NCBI GenBank assembly: GCA_049601915.1
Contig: JBMYRB010000002.1
Span: 90,553-154,552, forward strand
Length of the DNA stretch: 64,000 nucleotides
Source: Alphaproteobacteria bacterium
GTDB lineage: Bacteria; Pseudomonadota; Alphaproteobacteria; UBA6615
Direction of reading: 5' to 3'
Shown: piece after piece, positions 35,152 to 48,260 of the stretch
Layout: every line of letters starts with the position of its first letter
Numbering within the stretch: position 1 is the stretch's first letter
The notes under the pieces: generated by a model
Databases searched by the model: none
What the model was told of the DNA's origin: nothing
What the model saw: only the letters and a program-made list of their open reading frames with translations
Program-made: the position numbers and the translations under genes

Positions 35152-35310
35152 TCGCGGAAACACACCACGTCATACTCCAGTATCCGGCCATAGTGGCGGC
35201 TCCAGTGGCCAGGGATCACGAGATGTGGCCGCAGTCCCTGCGCGGCGAGCTCGGCGAGCAGGGGAAGATGGTCGGGCTGTCCGTCATAGATCGACTGGAT
35301 GGAAAGTTCG
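35148..35310 (-). pseudogene. Possible C-terminal remnant of an MBL-fold (metallo-beta-lactamase superfamily) gene
   Basis: The C-terminal ...HLVIPGHWS... resembles the terminal His motif of MBL-fold hydrolases. Only about 55-90 aa are present and there is no upstream body. Confidence 0.25.
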
Positions 35311-35625
35311 AGCTGTATCCCCGAGACGCGCTCCCACGAAGCGCCGATGCCGACGGGCAGCGGGCACAGCGCTTTGGCCCTCCATTCAAGAGACCCCGCC
35401 GACATGATCGTGACCGATTTGCGCATGCCGGACGGTTATGGGGTGGAGTTGATTCATGCCATTCGGTCCAGCGACACGAAACTGCCGATCATCGTCGTGA
35501 CGGGCCAGGTTCTGCGTGAAGCAGAGGCAGAGGCCCTTGATGCGGGCGCAACGGTGCTGCTGCGTAAGCCACCCGATCTGAACGAACTTGCTGCCGCCTT
35601 CAGCGCCAACTTGAAGACCGGCTGA
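35299..35625 (+). pseudogene. Response-regulator receiver (REC) domain fragment lacking the N-terminal beta1-alpha1-beta2 and acidic pocket
   Basis: ...MIVTDLRMPDGYGVELIHAIR...LPIIVVTGQ...EALDAGATVLLRKP matches REC from the phospho-Asp onward. The first roughly 20 aa of the ORF are not REC-like, and an in-frame stop lies at 35287. Confidence 0.45.
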
Positions 35626-35644
35626 CACCTGTCCACACGCAAGT

Positions 35645-37057
35645 CTAGATGTGAATGGTGCGCCCGCCGACGGCGAGCGCGGCTTCCTTGACCGCTTCGG
35701 CTAGGGTCGGGTGACCATGGCAGGTGCGCGCGATGTCCTCGGCCGATGCACCGAACTCCATACCCACGACGATCTCGTGAATCAGGGTACCGGCATCCGG
35801 TCCGATGATGTGGGCACCGAGAACACGATCGGTGTTGGCGTCTGCGAGGATTTTCACGAATCCGTCTGTTTCGTTGGCGGCGCGTGCCCGGCCGTTGGCG
35901 GAAAAGGGGAAAGTGCCGCTGGTGTACTCGACCCCGGCCTCCTTGAGTTGTTCTTCGGTCTTGCCGACCGCCGCGACCTCCGGCCAAGTGTAGACGATCC
36001 CCGGGATGGTGTCGTAATTCACATGTCCTGTCTCGCCGGCGATAATTTCGGCTGCCGCCACGCCTTCATCTTCGGCTTTGTGCGCCAGCATCGGGCCCGG
36101 CACGCAGTCGCCGATGGCGAATATGCCCGCCACATTGGTCTGAAAATGGGCGTCGATCTCGATGAATCCGCGGTCGTCGGTTTTGACGCCGGCACCGTTC
36201 AGGCCGAGACCGTCCGTGTAGGGCCGACGGCCGATCGCGACCAGCACCGTATCGCATTCGACAATCTCGCTCTCGCCACCCGCGGCGGGTTCGACCGAGA
36301 GCTTGATCTTGGTCTTCAGGGTTTTGGCACCCGTCACCTTGGTGCCGAGCTTGAAGGTCATGCCTTGTTTCTTGAGGGTTCGCTGGAAGGTCTTGGCGAC
36401 CTCGCCATCCATACCGGGCGTGATCCGGTCAAGGAATTCGACCACCGTTACATTGGCGCCCAGACGGGCCCAGACGGAGCCCATCTCGAGGCCGATGTAA
36501 CCGCCGCCGATAACCACCAGATGCTTGGGGACGCTCTCGAGTTCGAGTGCACCTGTCGAAGTGACGATGCGTTTTTCATCGGCGTCCACGCCGGGCAGGG
36601 GCATGGACTCGGAGCCTGTTGCGATCAGGACATACTTTGTTTTGAGGGTTTGTGGCGCGCCGTCATCCGGTGTCACCACAACTTCCTGCGCGTTTTTGAT
36701 TTCGGCAGTGCCGAACACGGAGGTCACCTTGTTCTTCTTGAACAGGAACTCGATGCCCTGGGTGTTGTCGTCCACGACCTTGGTCTTGTGCGCCATCATC
36801 GCGTCGAGGTCGAACGAAACCTTGCCAACCTTGATGCCGTGCGCCCCCAGCCCGTGCTGTGTGTGGGTGTAGTGCTCGGATGATTGCAGCAGGGCTTTCG
36901 AGGGAATGCAGCCAATGTTGAGGCAGGTGCCACCCAACGTCGCGCGTTTCTCCACGCAAGCGACATTGAGGCCGAGTTGCGCGGCGCGGATGGCGGCCAC
37001 ATAGCCGCCGGGGCCGGCACCGATTACGACCAGTTCGAAACTCTGTTCGTCAGCCAT
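35645..37057 (-). CDS. lpdA: Dihydrolipoyl dehydrogenase (E3)
   Basis: [20 protein letters not shown]...[13 protein letters not shown] redox-active disulfide motif. Confidence 0.95.
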   Translation of the reverse strand: MADEQSFELVVIGAGPGGYVAAIRAAQLGLNVACVEKRATLGGTCLNIGCIPSKALLQSSEHYTHTQHGLGAHGIKVGKVSFDLDAMMAHKTKVVDDNTQGIEFLFKKNKVTSVFGTAEIKNAQEVVVTPDDGAPQTLKTKYVLIATGSESMPLPGVDADEKRIVTSTGALELESVPKHLVVIGGGYIGLEMGSVWARLGANVTVVEFLDRITPGMDGEVAKTFQRTLKKQGMTFKLGTKVTGAKTLKTKIKLSVEPAAGGESEIVECDTVLVAIGRRPYTDGLGLNGAGVKTDDRGFIEIDAHFQTNVAGIFAIGDCVPGPMLAHKAEDEGVAAAEIIAGETGHVNYDTIPGIVYTWPEVAAVGKTEEQLKEAGVEYTSGTFPFSANGRARAANETDGFVKILADANTDRVLGAHIIGPDAGTLIHEIVVGMEFGASAEDIARTCHGHPTLAEAVKEAALAVGGRTIHI

Positions 37058-37063
37058 ATCGTT

Positions 37064-38644
37064 CTACACCTCGATCAGGAGACGTTCCGGATCCTCGATC
37101 GCCTGTTTGATCCGGACCAGGAAGGTCACCGCTTCGCGGCCATCGATGATCCGATGGTCGTAACTCAGGGCCAGGTACATCATCGGCCGGATGACGATTT
37201 CGCCGTCGACGACGACCGGCCGCTTGACGATGTTGTGCATGCCCAGGATGCCCGACTGCGGCGGGTTCAGGATCGGCGTCGACAGCATCGAGCCGAAGAT
37301 GCCGCCATTTGTGATCGTGAAGGTGCCGCCGGTGAGCTCCTTCATGGAGAGCTTGCCGTCACGCGCGCGCTGGCTGAAGTCGGCAATCTGGCTTTCGATG
37401 CCGGCGAAGCTTTGCTGGTCGGCGTCGCGCAGCACGGGGACGACCAGCCCCTGTTCGCCGCCGACGGCGATCCCGATATCGTAGTAGTTCCGGTAGACGA
37501 TCTCGTCGCCGTGGATCTCGGCATTGACCGACGGCAGCTCCTTCAGCGCGTTGATCGCGGCCTTTACGAAGATGCTCATGAAGCCCAGTTTCACGCCGTG
37601 CTTCTTCTCGAAATCATCGCGGTAGCGCGCGCGCAGGTCCATCACCCCTTGCATGTCCACCTCGTTGAAGGTGGTCAGCATGGCCGCGGTGTTCTGGGCC
37701 TGTTTCAGGCGACTGGCAACGGTCTGGCGCAACTTGGTCATGCGCACGCGTTCCTCGCCGCGTGGGTCTTCAGCGCGTTCCGGCAGGTCGCCGGCCGAAA
37801 CAAAGGCCGCCGTCGTGGGTGCGGGGGCGGCTGTCGGGGTCGCGCCGCCGGAAGCACGCGTGTCGAGGTAGCGCATCACGTCACCCTTGGTGATGCGTCC
37901 GTCGCGGCCCGTCACCGGTATGGCCGACGGGTTGAGGCCGGTCTCGTCGACTAATTTCTGCACCGCCGGTGAGAGCGGATGGTCCGTGTTTACGCTGGCG
38001 GTCGGCGCTTCGGCCGGTGCGGAAGATGCGGTGTCCGTCTCGGGGGCGGCTGCGGCCGGGGCGTCGCCTGTCGTAATGCGCCCCACGATGGTGCCCACTT
38101 CCACGTCGACGCCTTCATCGGCGATGATTTCGATCAGGGTGCCGGCTCCGGGGGCCGGCAGTTCCGTCGTCACCTTGTCGGTTTCGATCTCGACCAGCGG
38201 TTCGTCGGCGGCGAAGCTCTCGCCGACCTGCTTGAGCCAGCGCCCCACCGTGCCTTCGGTCACGGATTCGCCCAGTTCGGGCACCGTCACATCCATGGTC
38301 TCGCCGCCGGCAGCCGTAGCGGCGTTCGTCGGTGCAGGCTTTTCCTCGGCGGGTGAAGCCTCCGCGGCAGGGGATGCTGCCGCAGCAAGCGTGGCGGTCG
38401 CTGTTGCGTTTTCATCGATGGCGCCGATTACCGTGCCGACCTCGACATCCACGCCTTCGTCGGCACCGATCGCGGTAAGGACGCCGGCGCCTGGCGCGGG
38501 CACTTCCACCGTGACCTTGTCGGTCTCGATCTCGACCAGGGGTTCGTCGGCGGCGACGGCCTCGCCCACGGCCTTGAACCAGCGCGCGATGGTGCCCTCG
38601 GTCACGGACTCGCCCATATCGGGCACTTTGATTTCGATGGTCAT
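37064..38644 (-). CDS. sucB: 2-oxoglutarate dehydrogenase E2 (dihydrolipoyllysine succinyltransferase) with two tandem lipoyl domains
   Basis: Two ...EIETDKV... lipoyl domains, Ala/Pro linkers, a PSBD and a catalytic domain ([11 protein letters not shown]). Start at MTIEIKV with a GGGGA RBS. Confidence 0.9.
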   Translation of the reverse strand: MTIEIKVPDMGESVTEGTIARWFKAVGEAVAADEPLVEIETDKVTVEVPAPGAGVLTAIGADEGVDVEVGTVIGAIDENATATATLAAAASPAAEASPAEEKPAPTNAATAAGGETMDVTVPELGESVTEGTVGRWLKQVGESFAADEPLVEIETDKVTTELPAPGAGTLIEIIADEGVDVEVGTIVGRITTGDAPAAAAPETDTASSAPAEAPTASVNTDHPLSPAVQKLVDETGLNPSAIPVTGRDGRITKGDVMRYLDTRASGGATPTAAPAPTTAAFVSAGDLPERAEDPRGEERVRMTKLRQTVASRLKQAQNTAAMLTTFNEVDMQGVMDLRARYRDDFEKKHGVKLGFMSIFVKAAINALKELPSVNAEIHGDEIVYRNYYDIGIAVGGEQGLVVPVLRDADQQSFAGIESQIADFSQRARDGKLSMKELTGGTFTITNGGIFGSMLSTPILNPPQSGILGMHNIVKRPVVVDGEIVIRPMMYLALSYDHRIIDGREAVTFLVRIKQAIEDPERLLIEV

Positions 38645-38672
38645 TTCTAAATCCCCGTTGTGGTCGCCCGGC

Positions 38673-41603
38673 TCAGATCGTGAGCGCTTCGTCGACCAAT
38701 TTGTCCTGTTCGCGCCGGTGGCGTGCGGCGCTTCCTGTGGCAGGTGATGCCGATTCCACGCGCCCGACATAACGCGGACGGGTCTGATTGGCGCCGATCT
38801 TCTCGAGGACGGCCTCAAGTCGGCGATCGACGAATGTCCAGCCGCCCATGTTTTCGGGTTCTTCCTGGCACCAGACGATCTCGGCATGTTTGAAGCGTGA
38901 AAGCTCCTCGATCAGCGCCTTGCGCGGAAAGGGGTAGAGCTGTTCGAGGCGCAGGAAGAAGACATCGGTGACGCCGCGTTTCGCACGCTCTTCATACAGG
39001 TCGTAATAGACCTTGCCCGAACAGAGCACGACCCGTTTCACATCCTTGTCGTCGCATAGTTTTTCGTTGTCATAGAGGACGCGGTGGAAGCTGGTGCCGG
39101 GCCCGAAATCCTCGAGTGTCGAGACACAGAGCTTGTGTCGGAGGAGTGATTTCGGAGTCATTACGATCAGCGGCTTGCGGAAGTTGCGTCGCATCTGTCG
39201 GCGCAACGCGTGGTAATAGTTCGCCGGTGTCGTGATGTTGCAGACTTGCATGTTGTCGTCGCCACACAGCTGCAGATAACGCTCCATCCGGGCCGACGAA
39301 TGTTCCGGACCCTGACCCTCGAATCCGTGCGGCAGGAGCAGGACTAGTCCGGACATGCGCAGCCACTTGGACTCACCCGAGGCAATGAACTGATCGATGA
39401 TCACCTGGGCACCGTTGGCGAAGTCGCCGAACTGCGCTTCCCAGAGCACGAGCGCGTGGGGTTCGGCCTGGCTGTAGCCATATTCGAATCCGAGAACGCC
39501 GAACTCCGAGAGCGGACTGTTGATCACCTCGATCGGGGCCTGGCCGTAACGGATATTCGCCAGCGGCAGGTACTTTTCTTCATGCGTCTGGTCGACCAGG
39601 ACCGCGTGACGTTGCGAGAAGGTGCCGCGGCCCACATCTTCGCCGGACAGCCGGACGGGTGTGGATTCACAGAGCAGCGTGCCGAACGCCAGGGCTTCGC
39701 CGGTCGCCCAGTCGACGCCCTCGCCGGTTTCGATCATCTTGCGTTTGTTCTTGAGCTGCCGAAGGATCTTCGAATTCATCTCGAGGCCCTGCGGGGGCTC
39801 CGAAATGGCGTGCCCGACCTCATTCAGGAGGTCATTGTCCACGGCGGTTTCACCGCGCCGCTCATCGCCTTCCGCCATGCCCAGATCGGCCCAGCGGCCC
39901 TCGAGCCAGTCGGCCTTGTTCGGTTTGTAGCTCTGGGCGGCCTCGAATTCCTGCTCCAGATGAGCTTGGAATTCCTCGACCATGCGGTCGCCGCCGCCGG
40001 ACTCGATAACCCCCTCGGCCTCGAGCTGTTCGGCGTAGAGCGCCCGCGTCGTCGGCTGCTCGGATATGGATTTGTACATCCGGGGCTGGGTGAAGGCCGG
40101 CTCGTCGGACTCGTTATGTCCCGCGCGGCGATAGCCCCACAGATCCATGACCACGTCGGCCTTGAAACGGTAGCGATACTCGGTCGCGATTCGGGCCACA
40201 TGGACCGCCGATTCCGGATCGTCGCCATTCACGTGGAAGATCGGCGACTGGATCATCTTCGCGACGTCGGAGGAGTAGGGGGAGGAACGCGCCGCCGTCG
40301 GATTGGTCGTGAACCCGATCTGGTTGTTGACGATCAGATGGAAGGTGCCGCCGGTGCGGTAGCCACGCAGCTGGGACAAGTCGAGGGTTTCGGCCACGAG
40401 ACCCTGGCCGGCAAAGGCCGCGTCGCCATGCATCAGCAGGCCCATGACCTTGTCGCGCTCGGTATCGCTGCGCAGCTGCTGCTTGGCTCGAACCTTTCCC
40501 AGGACGACGGTGTTGACCGCCTCCAGGTGGCTGGGGTTCGGCGTCAGGGAGAGATGCACATTGTTGCCGTCGAAGGAGCGGTCCGACGAGGTGCCGAGAT
40601 GGTATTTCACATCGCCGGAACCCATGACATCGTCCGGGTTGGGCGAGTTGCCCTCAAATTCCGAGAACATCGCGCGGAACGGCTTGTCCATGAAGTTGGC
40701 CAGCACGTTCAGGCGTCCGCGATGGGGCATGCCGATCACCAGTTCACGCAGGCCCAACTGGCCGCCGCGTTTGACCAGCTGCTCGAGGGCTGGAATCAGG
40801 GTCTCGCCCCCTTCCAGTCCGAACCGTTTGGCACCGGTGTATTTCTTGTCGAGGAACTGCTCGAAGACTTCCGCGCGTGTCAGGGCGCCGAGGATCGCTT
40901 GTTTGCCCTGCTCGGTGAATTCGGTGTGATTGCGGACTCCTTCAATGCGCTCCTGAATCCAGGCCTTCTCTTCCGGGCCCTGGATGTGCATGAACTCGAT
41001 GCCGATATTGCCGCAATAGGTCTCCCGCACCACGTCGATAATCTGGCGCATCGTCGCGGTTTCGAGGCCGAGCACATAGTTAATGAAGATCGGGCGGTCG
41101 AGGTCCGAATCTGCGAAACCATAAGTGCGCGGATCGAGTTCCGGGTGGGCATCGGGTTTCACCAGGCCGAGCGGGTCGAGCCGCGCCTCGAGATGTCCGC
41201 GCACACGGTAGGCGCGGATAAGCATCAGGGCACGAATGGAATCGAGAGTCGCGCGGCGAACCTGGTCGGGTGAGGCCCGCGAATCGCCACCCGCACCATA
41301 GGACAGCGGCGCGCCTTTCAGGGGTGCATCATTCGCGGCGGGGGTTGCATGGCCGTTGCCCGGCTGCGCGCCATTGGCGCCGTTTCCACGATTTTCGCCG
41401 ATGACGCGCGCGTCGCGCGGCGCCCAGCTGGCGCCGCGCAGATCTTCCAGTAGGGCGCGGGCGTCGTCATGCAATGTGGCGAAAAACTCGCCCCATTCGG
41501 GATCGACACTATGCGGCTGCTCGAGGTAGTTCGCGTAAAGTTGCGCAACGAAGGTTGCGTTGGCGCCATTCAGAAACGAGGAGTGGCCAATATAGCTGTT
41601 CAT
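38673..41603 (-). CDS. sucA: 2-oxoglutarate dehydrogenase E1 component
   Basis: 976 aa with the canonical SucA N-terminus [23 protein letters not shown]. Confidence 0.95.
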   Translation of the reverse strand: MNSYIGHSSFLNGANATFVAQLYANYLEQPHSVDPEWGEFFATLHDDARALLEDLRGASWAPRDARVIGENRGNGANGAQPGNGHATPAANDAPLKGAPLSYGAGGDSRASPDQVRRATLDSIRALMLIRAYRVRGHLEARLDPLGLVKPDAHPELDPRTYGFADSDLDRPIFINYVLGLETATMRQIIDVVRETYCGNIGIEFMHIQGPEEKAWIQERIEGVRNHTEFTEQGKQAILGALTRAEVFEQFLDKKYTGAKRFGLEGGETLIPALEQLVKRGGQLGLRELVIGMPHRGRLNVLANFMDKPFRAMFSEFEGNSPNPDDVMGSGDVKYHLGTSSDRSFDGNNVHLSLTPNPSHLEAVNTVVLGKVRAKQQLRSDTERDKVMGLLMHGDAAFAGQGLVAETLDLSQLRGYRTGGTFHLIVNNQIGFTTNPTAARSSPYSSDVAKMIQSPIFHVNGDDPESAVHVARIATEYRYRFKADVVMDLWGYRRAGHNESDEPAFTQPRMYKSISEQPTTRALYAEQLEAEGVIESGGGDRMVEEFQAHLEQEFEAAQSYKPNKADWLEGRWADLGMAEGDERRGETAVDNDLLNEVGHAISEPPQGLEMNSKILRQLKNKRKMIETGEGVDWATGEALAFGTLLCESTPVRLSGEDVGRGTFSQRHAVLVDQTHEEKYLPLANIRYGQAPIEVINSPLSEFGVLGFEYGYSQAEPHALVLWEAQFGDFANGAQVIIDQFIASGESKWLRMSGLVLLLPHGFEGQGPEHSSARMERYLQLCGDDNMQVCNITTPANYYHALRRQMRRNFRKPLIVMTPKSLLRHKLCVSTLEDFGPGTSFHRVLYDNEKLCDDKDVKRVVLCSGKVYYDLYEERAKRGVTDVFFLRLEQLYPFPRKALIEELSRFKHAEIVWCQEEPENMGGWTFVDRRLEAVLEKIGANQTRPRYVGRVESASPATGSAARHRREQDKLVDEALTI

Positions 41604-41681
41604 GTCCTAGCCGCGGTACGAGGCTGCGGTCCTTGGTTACAAAGCGTTGGCGTCCCCCTCACCAACAGATAGGTGACCTAC

Positions 41682-42557
41682 CTAGCCCTTCAATGCCTTC
41701 ATCATCGTGGTACCGAGCGCCGACGGCGACTCCGCAACCAGAATGCCCGCAGATTTCATGGCGTCCATTTTTGCATCCGCGGTGCCTTTGCCGCCCGAAA
41801 TGATGGCACCGGCATGGCCCATGCGCTTTCCGGGAGGCGCCGTGACGCCGGCGATGAACCCGGCGACCGGCTTTTTGATCTTTGAGGATTTCAGGAAGTC
41901 GGCGGCGTCTTCTTCGGCGGAACCACCGATTTCGCCGATCATGATGATGCCTTCGGTCTCATCGTCGTCCAGGAACATGTCTAGGCAGTCGATGAAGTTG
42001 GTGCCGTTCACGGGGTCGCCACCGATGCCGATGCAGGTGGTCTGGCCGAGCCCGACAGCGGTCGTCTGTGCGACGGCCTCATAGGTCAGGGTGCCCGAAC
42101 GCGAGACGATACCGATATTACCGCGCTGATGAATATGGCCGGGCATGATGCCGATCTTGCACTCGTCAGGCGTAATGACACCGGGACAGTTCGGGCCGAT
42201 TAGGCGTGTGTTCGAGCCGGTCAGCGCGCGTTTCACAGCAACCATGTCGAGGACCGGGATTCCCTCGGTGATGCAGACCACCAGCTCGATTCCGGCGTCG
42301 ATCGCCTCGAGGATCGCGTCGCCCGCAAACGGCGGCGGCACATAGATGACCGACGCGTTCGCACCCGTGGTGCTGACGGCCTCATCCACCGTGTCGAAGA
42401 CGGGGAGGTCGAGATGAGAGGTGCCACCCTTGCCGGGCGTCACGCCGCCGACCATCTGGGTGCCATAGGCGATGGCCTGCTCGGAGTGAAAGGTGCCCTG
42501 GGCTCCGGTGAAGCCTTGGCAGACGAGTTTGGTTTCTTTGCCGACGAGTACGGACAT
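41682..42557 (-). CDS. sucD: Succinyl-CoA ligase alpha subunit
   Basis: CoA-binding and phospho-His region (GHAGAI). Confidence 0.95.
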   Translation of the reverse strand: MSVLVGKETKLVCQGFTGAQGTFHSEQAIAYGTQMVGGVTPGKGGTSHLDLPVFDTVDEAVSTTGANASVIYVPPPFAGDAILEAIDAGIELVVCITEGIPVLDMVAVKRALTGSNTRLIGPNCPGVITPDECKIGIMPGHIHQRGNIGIVSRSGTLTYEAVAQTTAVGLGQTTCIGIGGDPVNGTNFIDCLDMFLDDDETEGIIMIGEIGGSAEEDAADFLKSSKIKKPVAGFIAGVTAPPGKRMGHAGAIISGGKGTADAKMDAMKSAGILVAESPSALGTTMMKALKG

Positions 42558-42561
42558 GGCG

Positions 42562-43758
42562 TTAGGCTGCCTCCTTCACCGCGTTTACGATCTTTTCGGC
42601 GGCATCCCCGAGGTCGTCTGCTGAGACGATCGGGAGCCCCGACTCTGCAAGGATCTTTTTGCCGAGATCGACGTTTGTGCCTTCCAGGCGGACAACCAGC
42701 GGTACATGGAGCGAAACTTCGCGGGCCGCGGCAACGATTCCTTCGGCGATGACGTTACAACGCATGATGCCGCCGAAGATGTTGACCAGAATGCCTTCGA
42801 CATTCGGATCGGACAGGATGATCTTGAAGGCCGACGTGACCCGTTCCTTGGTCGCGCCGCCGCCGACATCGAGGAAGTTGGCCGGTGCGCTGCCATGCAG
42901 CTTGACGATGTCCATCGTGGCCATGGCCAGGCCGGCGCCATTCACCATGCAGCCGATCACGCCGTCGAGCTTGATGTAGTTGAGCTCATGCTTCGAGGCC
43001 TCGAGCTCCATCGGGTCCTCTTCGTCCTCGTCGCGCAGCGCCTCGACATCGGCCTGACGGTAGAGCGCGTTGTCGTCGAAGTTCATCTTCGCATCTAGCG
43101 CGATCACGTCACCCGACCCGGTGACCACGAGCGGGTTGATCTCGACCATCGAGGCGTCGAGTTCGAGGAACGCCTTGTACATCGCGGACAGAAATTTGGC
43201 CGCGCTCTTGATCTGGCTGCCCTCGAGTCCAAGCCTGAAGGCGATCTCGCGGGTGTGGAAGGGCATGATGCCGGTGACGGGGTCGATCGCGACCTGTGCG
43301 ATCTTCTCCGGCGTTTCCTCCGCGACGGTCTCGATGTCCATGCCGCCTTCTGTCGACGCAACGATGACAATCCGCGAGGTTTCGCGATCCACCAGCAGGC
43401 TCAGATAAAGCTCGCGCGCGATATCACAGCCTTCCTCGACATAAATCCGTTTCACTTCTTTGCCGTCCGGGCCGGTCTGTTTGGTGACCAGCGTCTTTCC
43501 CAGCATCGCCTCGGCATGGGCGCGGACTTCCTCGTCGTTCTTGGCGAGGCGCACACCGCCGCCGCCGTCCGGGTCTTCGGCGAAATGTCCCGCGCCGCGT
43601 CCGCCGGCATGAATCTGGGACTTCACAACCCAGATCGAGCCGCCGAGGTCCTGGGCCGCCTTGCTGGCCTCGTCCGGTGTGTATGCAACCGTGCCGCGGG
43701 GTACGGCGACGCCAAACTTCGCCAGCAGGCCTTTTGCCTGATACTCATGAATGTTCAT
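42562..43758 (-). CDS. sucC: Succinyl-CoA ligase beta subunit
   Basis: [17 protein letters not shown]... ATP-grasp. Confidence 0.95.
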   Translation of the reverse strand: MNIHEYQAKGLLAKFGVAVPRGTVAYTPDEASKAAQDLGGSIWVVKSQIHAGGRGAGHFAEDPDGGGGVRLAKNDEEVRAHAEAMLGKTLVTKQTGPDGKEVKRIYVEEGCDIARELYLSLLVDRETSRIVIVASTEGGMDIETVAEETPEKIAQVAIDPVTGIMPFHTREIAFRLGLEGSQIKSAAKFLSAMYKAFLELDASMVEINPLVVTGSGDVIALDAKMNFDDNALYRQADVEALRDEDEEDPMELEASKHELNYIKLDGVIGCMVNGAGLAMATMDIVKLHGSAPANFLDVGGGATKERVTSAFKIILSDPNVEGILVNIFGGIMRCNVIAEGIVAAAREVSLHVPLVVRLEGTNVDLGKKILAESGLPIVSADDLGDAAEKIVNAVKEAA

Positions 43759-43959
43759 TTGACGCTTTTTCCGAAAGGCAGATGAGGTGAGCTGCGGTGA
43801 CGATGAACGTACGGGATTACCGCATGGTTAATATTCTTTTCGCCCATCATCGCGATTGAGGCCCGGTTGTCGGGGCCAAACATGGTTAACGAAGTCCGAC
43901 TGTAACACTCATGTTGCACTGCGCAACGGGCCGAAAGTCCAATCTTTTGCAGGTGTCGG

Positions 43960-44994
<1,035 letters not shown>

Positions 44995-45066
44995 TCAGGG
45001 GTGGTTCAAGGCGCGGCCGGGGCAAGACATTTGTGTCAATGGATCGGTGATCCTTTCACCAGTAAT

Positions 45067-46209
45067 TTACGGCGCGTGCGGGCGGTTCAGATAGTCCTCG
45101 GCCTGCATTTCTATGAGCCGCGACACCGTGCGCTGAAACTCGAATGCGGTATCGCCTTTCATGTATAGCGCGCCTGGATCACCGTCGGCGCTGGCGAACA
45201 GGTTCACATGGTGCTCGTAAAGCGAATCGATCAGGACGACGAAACGCTTTGCGGCGTCACGCTCGCGTTCGTCGAGAACGGGCACGTTGTCGACCATGAC
45301 CGTGTGGAACTGGGTTGCGATAGCCAGGAAATCCGAAGCACCACGCGGTTTGTTGCACAACTCGTCGAATGTGAACCGGGCGATGCCGCGCGCAGCCTGG
45401 TGGGCATGGATGCACCGGCCCTGGACCTCGATTTCTAACGGGACCGGGTCGGCATTGTCTGTCAGGGTGGCGAAGGCGGCATCGAGCTTGGAAGTGGCGG
45501 CGCGCCCGATGGGGGTGTGCCAGACGGGCTCACCCTTCAATCGGTCAAGCCGGAAATCCGTACCGGCGCCGATATCGAGCACGTCGAGTTTCTCGATGAT
45601 CAGATCGATGAAAGGCAGAAACCGATCGCGCTGCAGGCCGTCCTTGTAGAGGTCGCGCGGTGCGACGTTGGATGTCGCGATCACCACCACGCCGTGATCA
45701 AAGAAGGCCTGGAACAAACGGCCTAGGATCATGGCTTCGGCGATATTGACGACATGAAACTCGTCGAAACAGAGGAGCCAGCTCTCGTCGGCGACGTCTG
45801 CGGCGACCTGCATCAGCGGGTCGGCGCGTTTCTCGCGCCTGCGCATTTCGTTCAGGCGTTGCTGTATCTCCAGCATGAAGGCGTGGAAATGCACGCGGCG
45901 TTTGCGCTCGACCGAGGCTGTGTCGAAGAACAGATCCATCAACATGGATTTGCCGCGCCCGACCGGGCCGTAGAGATAAAGCCCCATCGGTGGTTCTTCG
46001 TTGCGTCGGCCCAACCCGAACCGGTCTTTCCAACCCGACAGAAAGCCGTCACCTGCTGGCTGATAGCCCTTCAGCGCATGATGCAGGCTCTGGAGTTTTT
46101 CGACGGCCAATTTCTGCGCCGGGTCGCGCATCAACTCGTTCGCTTCTCGCATGTTGCGATAGCGTTCGAGCGGGGTCAGCAATTTCGAATCGGGCGTATC
46201 GTCGGGCAT
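45067..46209 (-). CDS. zapE: Cell division protein ZapE (AFG1-like ATPase)
   Basis: GPVGRGKSMLMDLFF Walker A and the AFG1 family architecture. Confidence 0.85.
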   Translation of the reverse strand: MPDDTPDSKLLTPLERYRNMREANELMRDPAQKLAVEKLQSLHHALKGYQPAGDGFLSGWKDRFGLGRRNEEPPMGLYLYGPVGRGKSMLMDLFFDTASVERKRRVHFHAFMLEIQQRLNEMRRREKRADPLMQVAADVADESWLLCFDEFHVVNIAEAMILGRLFQAFFDHGVVVIATSNVAPRDLYKDGLQRDRFLPFIDLIIEKLDVLDIGAGTDFRLDRLKGEPVWHTPIGRAATSKLDAAFATLTDNADPVPLEIEVQGRCIHAHQAARGIARFTFDELCNKPRGASDFLAIATQFHTVMVDNVPVLDERERDAAKRFVVLIDSLYEHHVNLFASADGDPGALYMKGDTAFEFQRTVSRLIEMQAEDYLNRPHAP

Positions 46210-46259
46210 GGCGGCGGTTACGTAGGCCAGCTTGGCGCCGGGCGCAACCGGCGGCGGCG

Positions 46260-47618
46260 TTATTGTGCGGCTTCGTGTGCGGCCGGGTTGGCGAACATCG
46301 CCTCCATATCACGGCGCACTTGCACCGCCTGAATGTTCGCGTCGATCTCGACATCAGCCCAGCCGACGGGTTGATCCTTGGGAACGGCACGCTTGAGCGT
46401 CACGTCGTGTGCCAGCCCGATCGGAAGTCCGCCAGCGGCGAGACTGGCCGCAGCCGGCATGAGTTTCCCATAGACCGTGAATCCGCCCTCGCCATCCAGC
46501 GTGTCGCCGGTTTGCAGGTCGCGCTTCGCGGTCGCCACGGCGTCGCCAAGGAAACCGGTCGGGGATCCTGTGGGTTCGTTGCGCAAAGCCGCACTGGCGA
46601 CGGAGATACCGAGTTCGAGCCCGATCAGGTGGTAGGGCTTCCACTGGGCGGCATAGTTGCCCGAGACATCCGTGACCAGCCCGTATTCATCGAAGCAGGC
46701 GCGGACATATTCGCTCGGCGCCTCGAACACCACATACACCCCCCAGCGCAGATCGCCGGTCACATGGCGGCCGTCGCGTTCCTCAGAGCTGATGACCTCG
46801 ACTTGTCCCTTGTGGTGCAGCTGGCCACCCTCGGCGGCAGGCCGCATTACATGCGGCAGGTCGCGGACGCCGCAGGCCGGGAAGGAGAGCCCGTCAGGCG
46901 CGGGTGTGAGCCCCGTGGCGTTGGCGACGGCGGCCATCTCGATCGCCGATTTGGTCCCGTCGAGGAACGAATTGAACATCTGCGGGTTCATGCCGCCCGC
47001 CGCGGCCTGTTCCGGCGTCAGTCCGTAATGCTCCCAAACGTCGTCCGGCGTCATATAGTGATAGCCGTCGAGATACTTTGTGCCCTTGCCGGCGGCGATC
47101 ACCTCGAGGCCGCAGGCCCGGGCCCAATCTACCTGCTCATGGATCAGCGCCGGCTGGTCGCCATAGGCTAATGAGTAGACGATGCCGGCCTGTCGTGCGC
47201 GTTCGGCCAGCAGTGGTCCGGCCAGAACATCGGCTTCCACGTTGACCATCACGATGTGCTTGCCGAATTCGCAGGCCACCAGCGCGTGGGCGATTCCGGC
47301 GGCAGGGCTGCCGGTCGCATCGATCACCACATCGATCCCGTCGGCGGCGACCAACGCCATCGAATCGTCGGTCAGATGGGTGTTGCCGCCCGACAGGGCC
47401 GCGTCGAATGTCGCGGCAGACGGGTCAAACCCGCCGACCCGCGCGCAGGCCGCACGGGCGCGCTCGGGGTCGAGGTCGGCGATGGCTAAGACATGGATGC
47501 CCGGCGTGCGTGCCGCCTGGGACAGATACATGGTGCCGAACTTACCCGAGCCGATCAGGCCAACCCGGACAGGCCGTCCGTCTTCGGCGCGCCGGCCGAG
47601 CATCGCGTGGAGGTTCAT
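46260..47618 (-). CDS. NAD(P)-binding oxidoreductase with a C-terminal SAF domain (COG4091-like, predicted homoserine-dehydrogenase-like)
   Basis: N-terminal VGLIGSGKFG Rossmann fold and a C-terminal SAF-like region. Start at MNLHAM, supported by an AAAGGA RBS. Confidence 0.6.
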   Translation of the reverse strand: MNLHAMLGRRAEDGRPVRVGLIGSGKFGTMYLSQAARTPGIHVLAIADLDPERARAACARVGGFDPSAATFDAALSGGNTHLTDDSMALVAADGIDVVIDATGSPAAGIAHALVACEFGKHIVMVNVEADVLAGPLLAERARQAGIVYSLAYGDQPALIHEQVDWARACGLEVIAAGKGTKYLDGYHYMTPDDVWEHYGLTPEQAAAGGMNPQMFNSFLDGTKSAIEMAAVANATGLTPAPDGLSFPACGVRDLPHVMRPAAEGGQLHHKGQVEVISSEERDGRHVTGDLRWGVYVVFEAPSEYVRACFDEYGLVTDVSGNYAAQWKPYHLIGLELGISVASAALRNEPTGSPTGFLGDAVATAKRDLQTGDTLDGEGGFTVYGKLMPAAASLAAGGLPIGLAHDVTLKRAVPKDQPVGWADVEIDANIQAVQVRRDMEAMFANPAAHEAAQ

Positions 47619-47695
47619 TGCAACGTCCTTTGCATTTCCCGCTATTCTATCGATGTAGCCTACAATGAATTGCATTCAAAATCTGGAGGGGAACC

Positions 47696-48253
47696 ATGAC
47701 CGACTACAACGAGGACGCGCGGGTGCCACATGTGTCGCGGGAGGATTTCCCCGCCGAGCAGGTCGGCATCTACGACCACATCATGGAAACCCGGAAGCTC
47801 GAATTCATGGCGGAACTGTTTGCGCGGATGGCCAGCAGCCCCGGCGCGCTAGAGGCGGTGGCTTCTGTGGGCGAGCATGTGCGCTTCCACAGCGTCTTCG
47901 ACGAGGTCCTGCGCGAGATGATCATTTGCACGGTCTCGAAAGAGGTCGGCAATTGGTACGAATGGACCCATCATATTCACCGGATGCCTGATGATATGCG
48001 CGCGGTCTGCGGTACGCCGGCGGCCGAGGACCTGCCGGCACCGGTCGGCCCGGTGCTGCGGTTCTCACGCATCGTCGCCAAAAACGGCAAGGCCGAGGAT
48101 GCACTGATCGAGGAAATTCGCGACACCCTGGGTGACCAGGGTCTCGTCGATCTGACGGTGATGGTCGGCTATTACCAGCTCGTCGGCACCTTCTGCACGA
48201 CGCTGCATGTGCCGATCGAGGACACGATCGAACGCACCCCGATGCCGGATTAG
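47696..48253 (+). CDS. Carboxymuconolactone decarboxylase (CMD/AhpD-like) family protein
   Basis: AhpD-like helical protein with a CxxxH-like region (ICTVSKEVGNWYEWTHH). A GGAGGGG RBS. Confidence 0.6.
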   Translation: MTDYNEDARVPHVSREDFPAEQVGIYDHIMETRKLEFMAELFARMASSPGALEAVASVGEHVRFHSVFDEVLREMIICTVSKEVGNWYEWTHHIHRMPDDMRAVCGTPAAEDLPAPVGPVLRFSRIVAKNGKAEDALIEEIRDTLGDQGLVDLTVMVGYYQLVGTFCTTLHVPIEDTIERTPMPD

Positions 48254-48260
48254 GCTCAGG

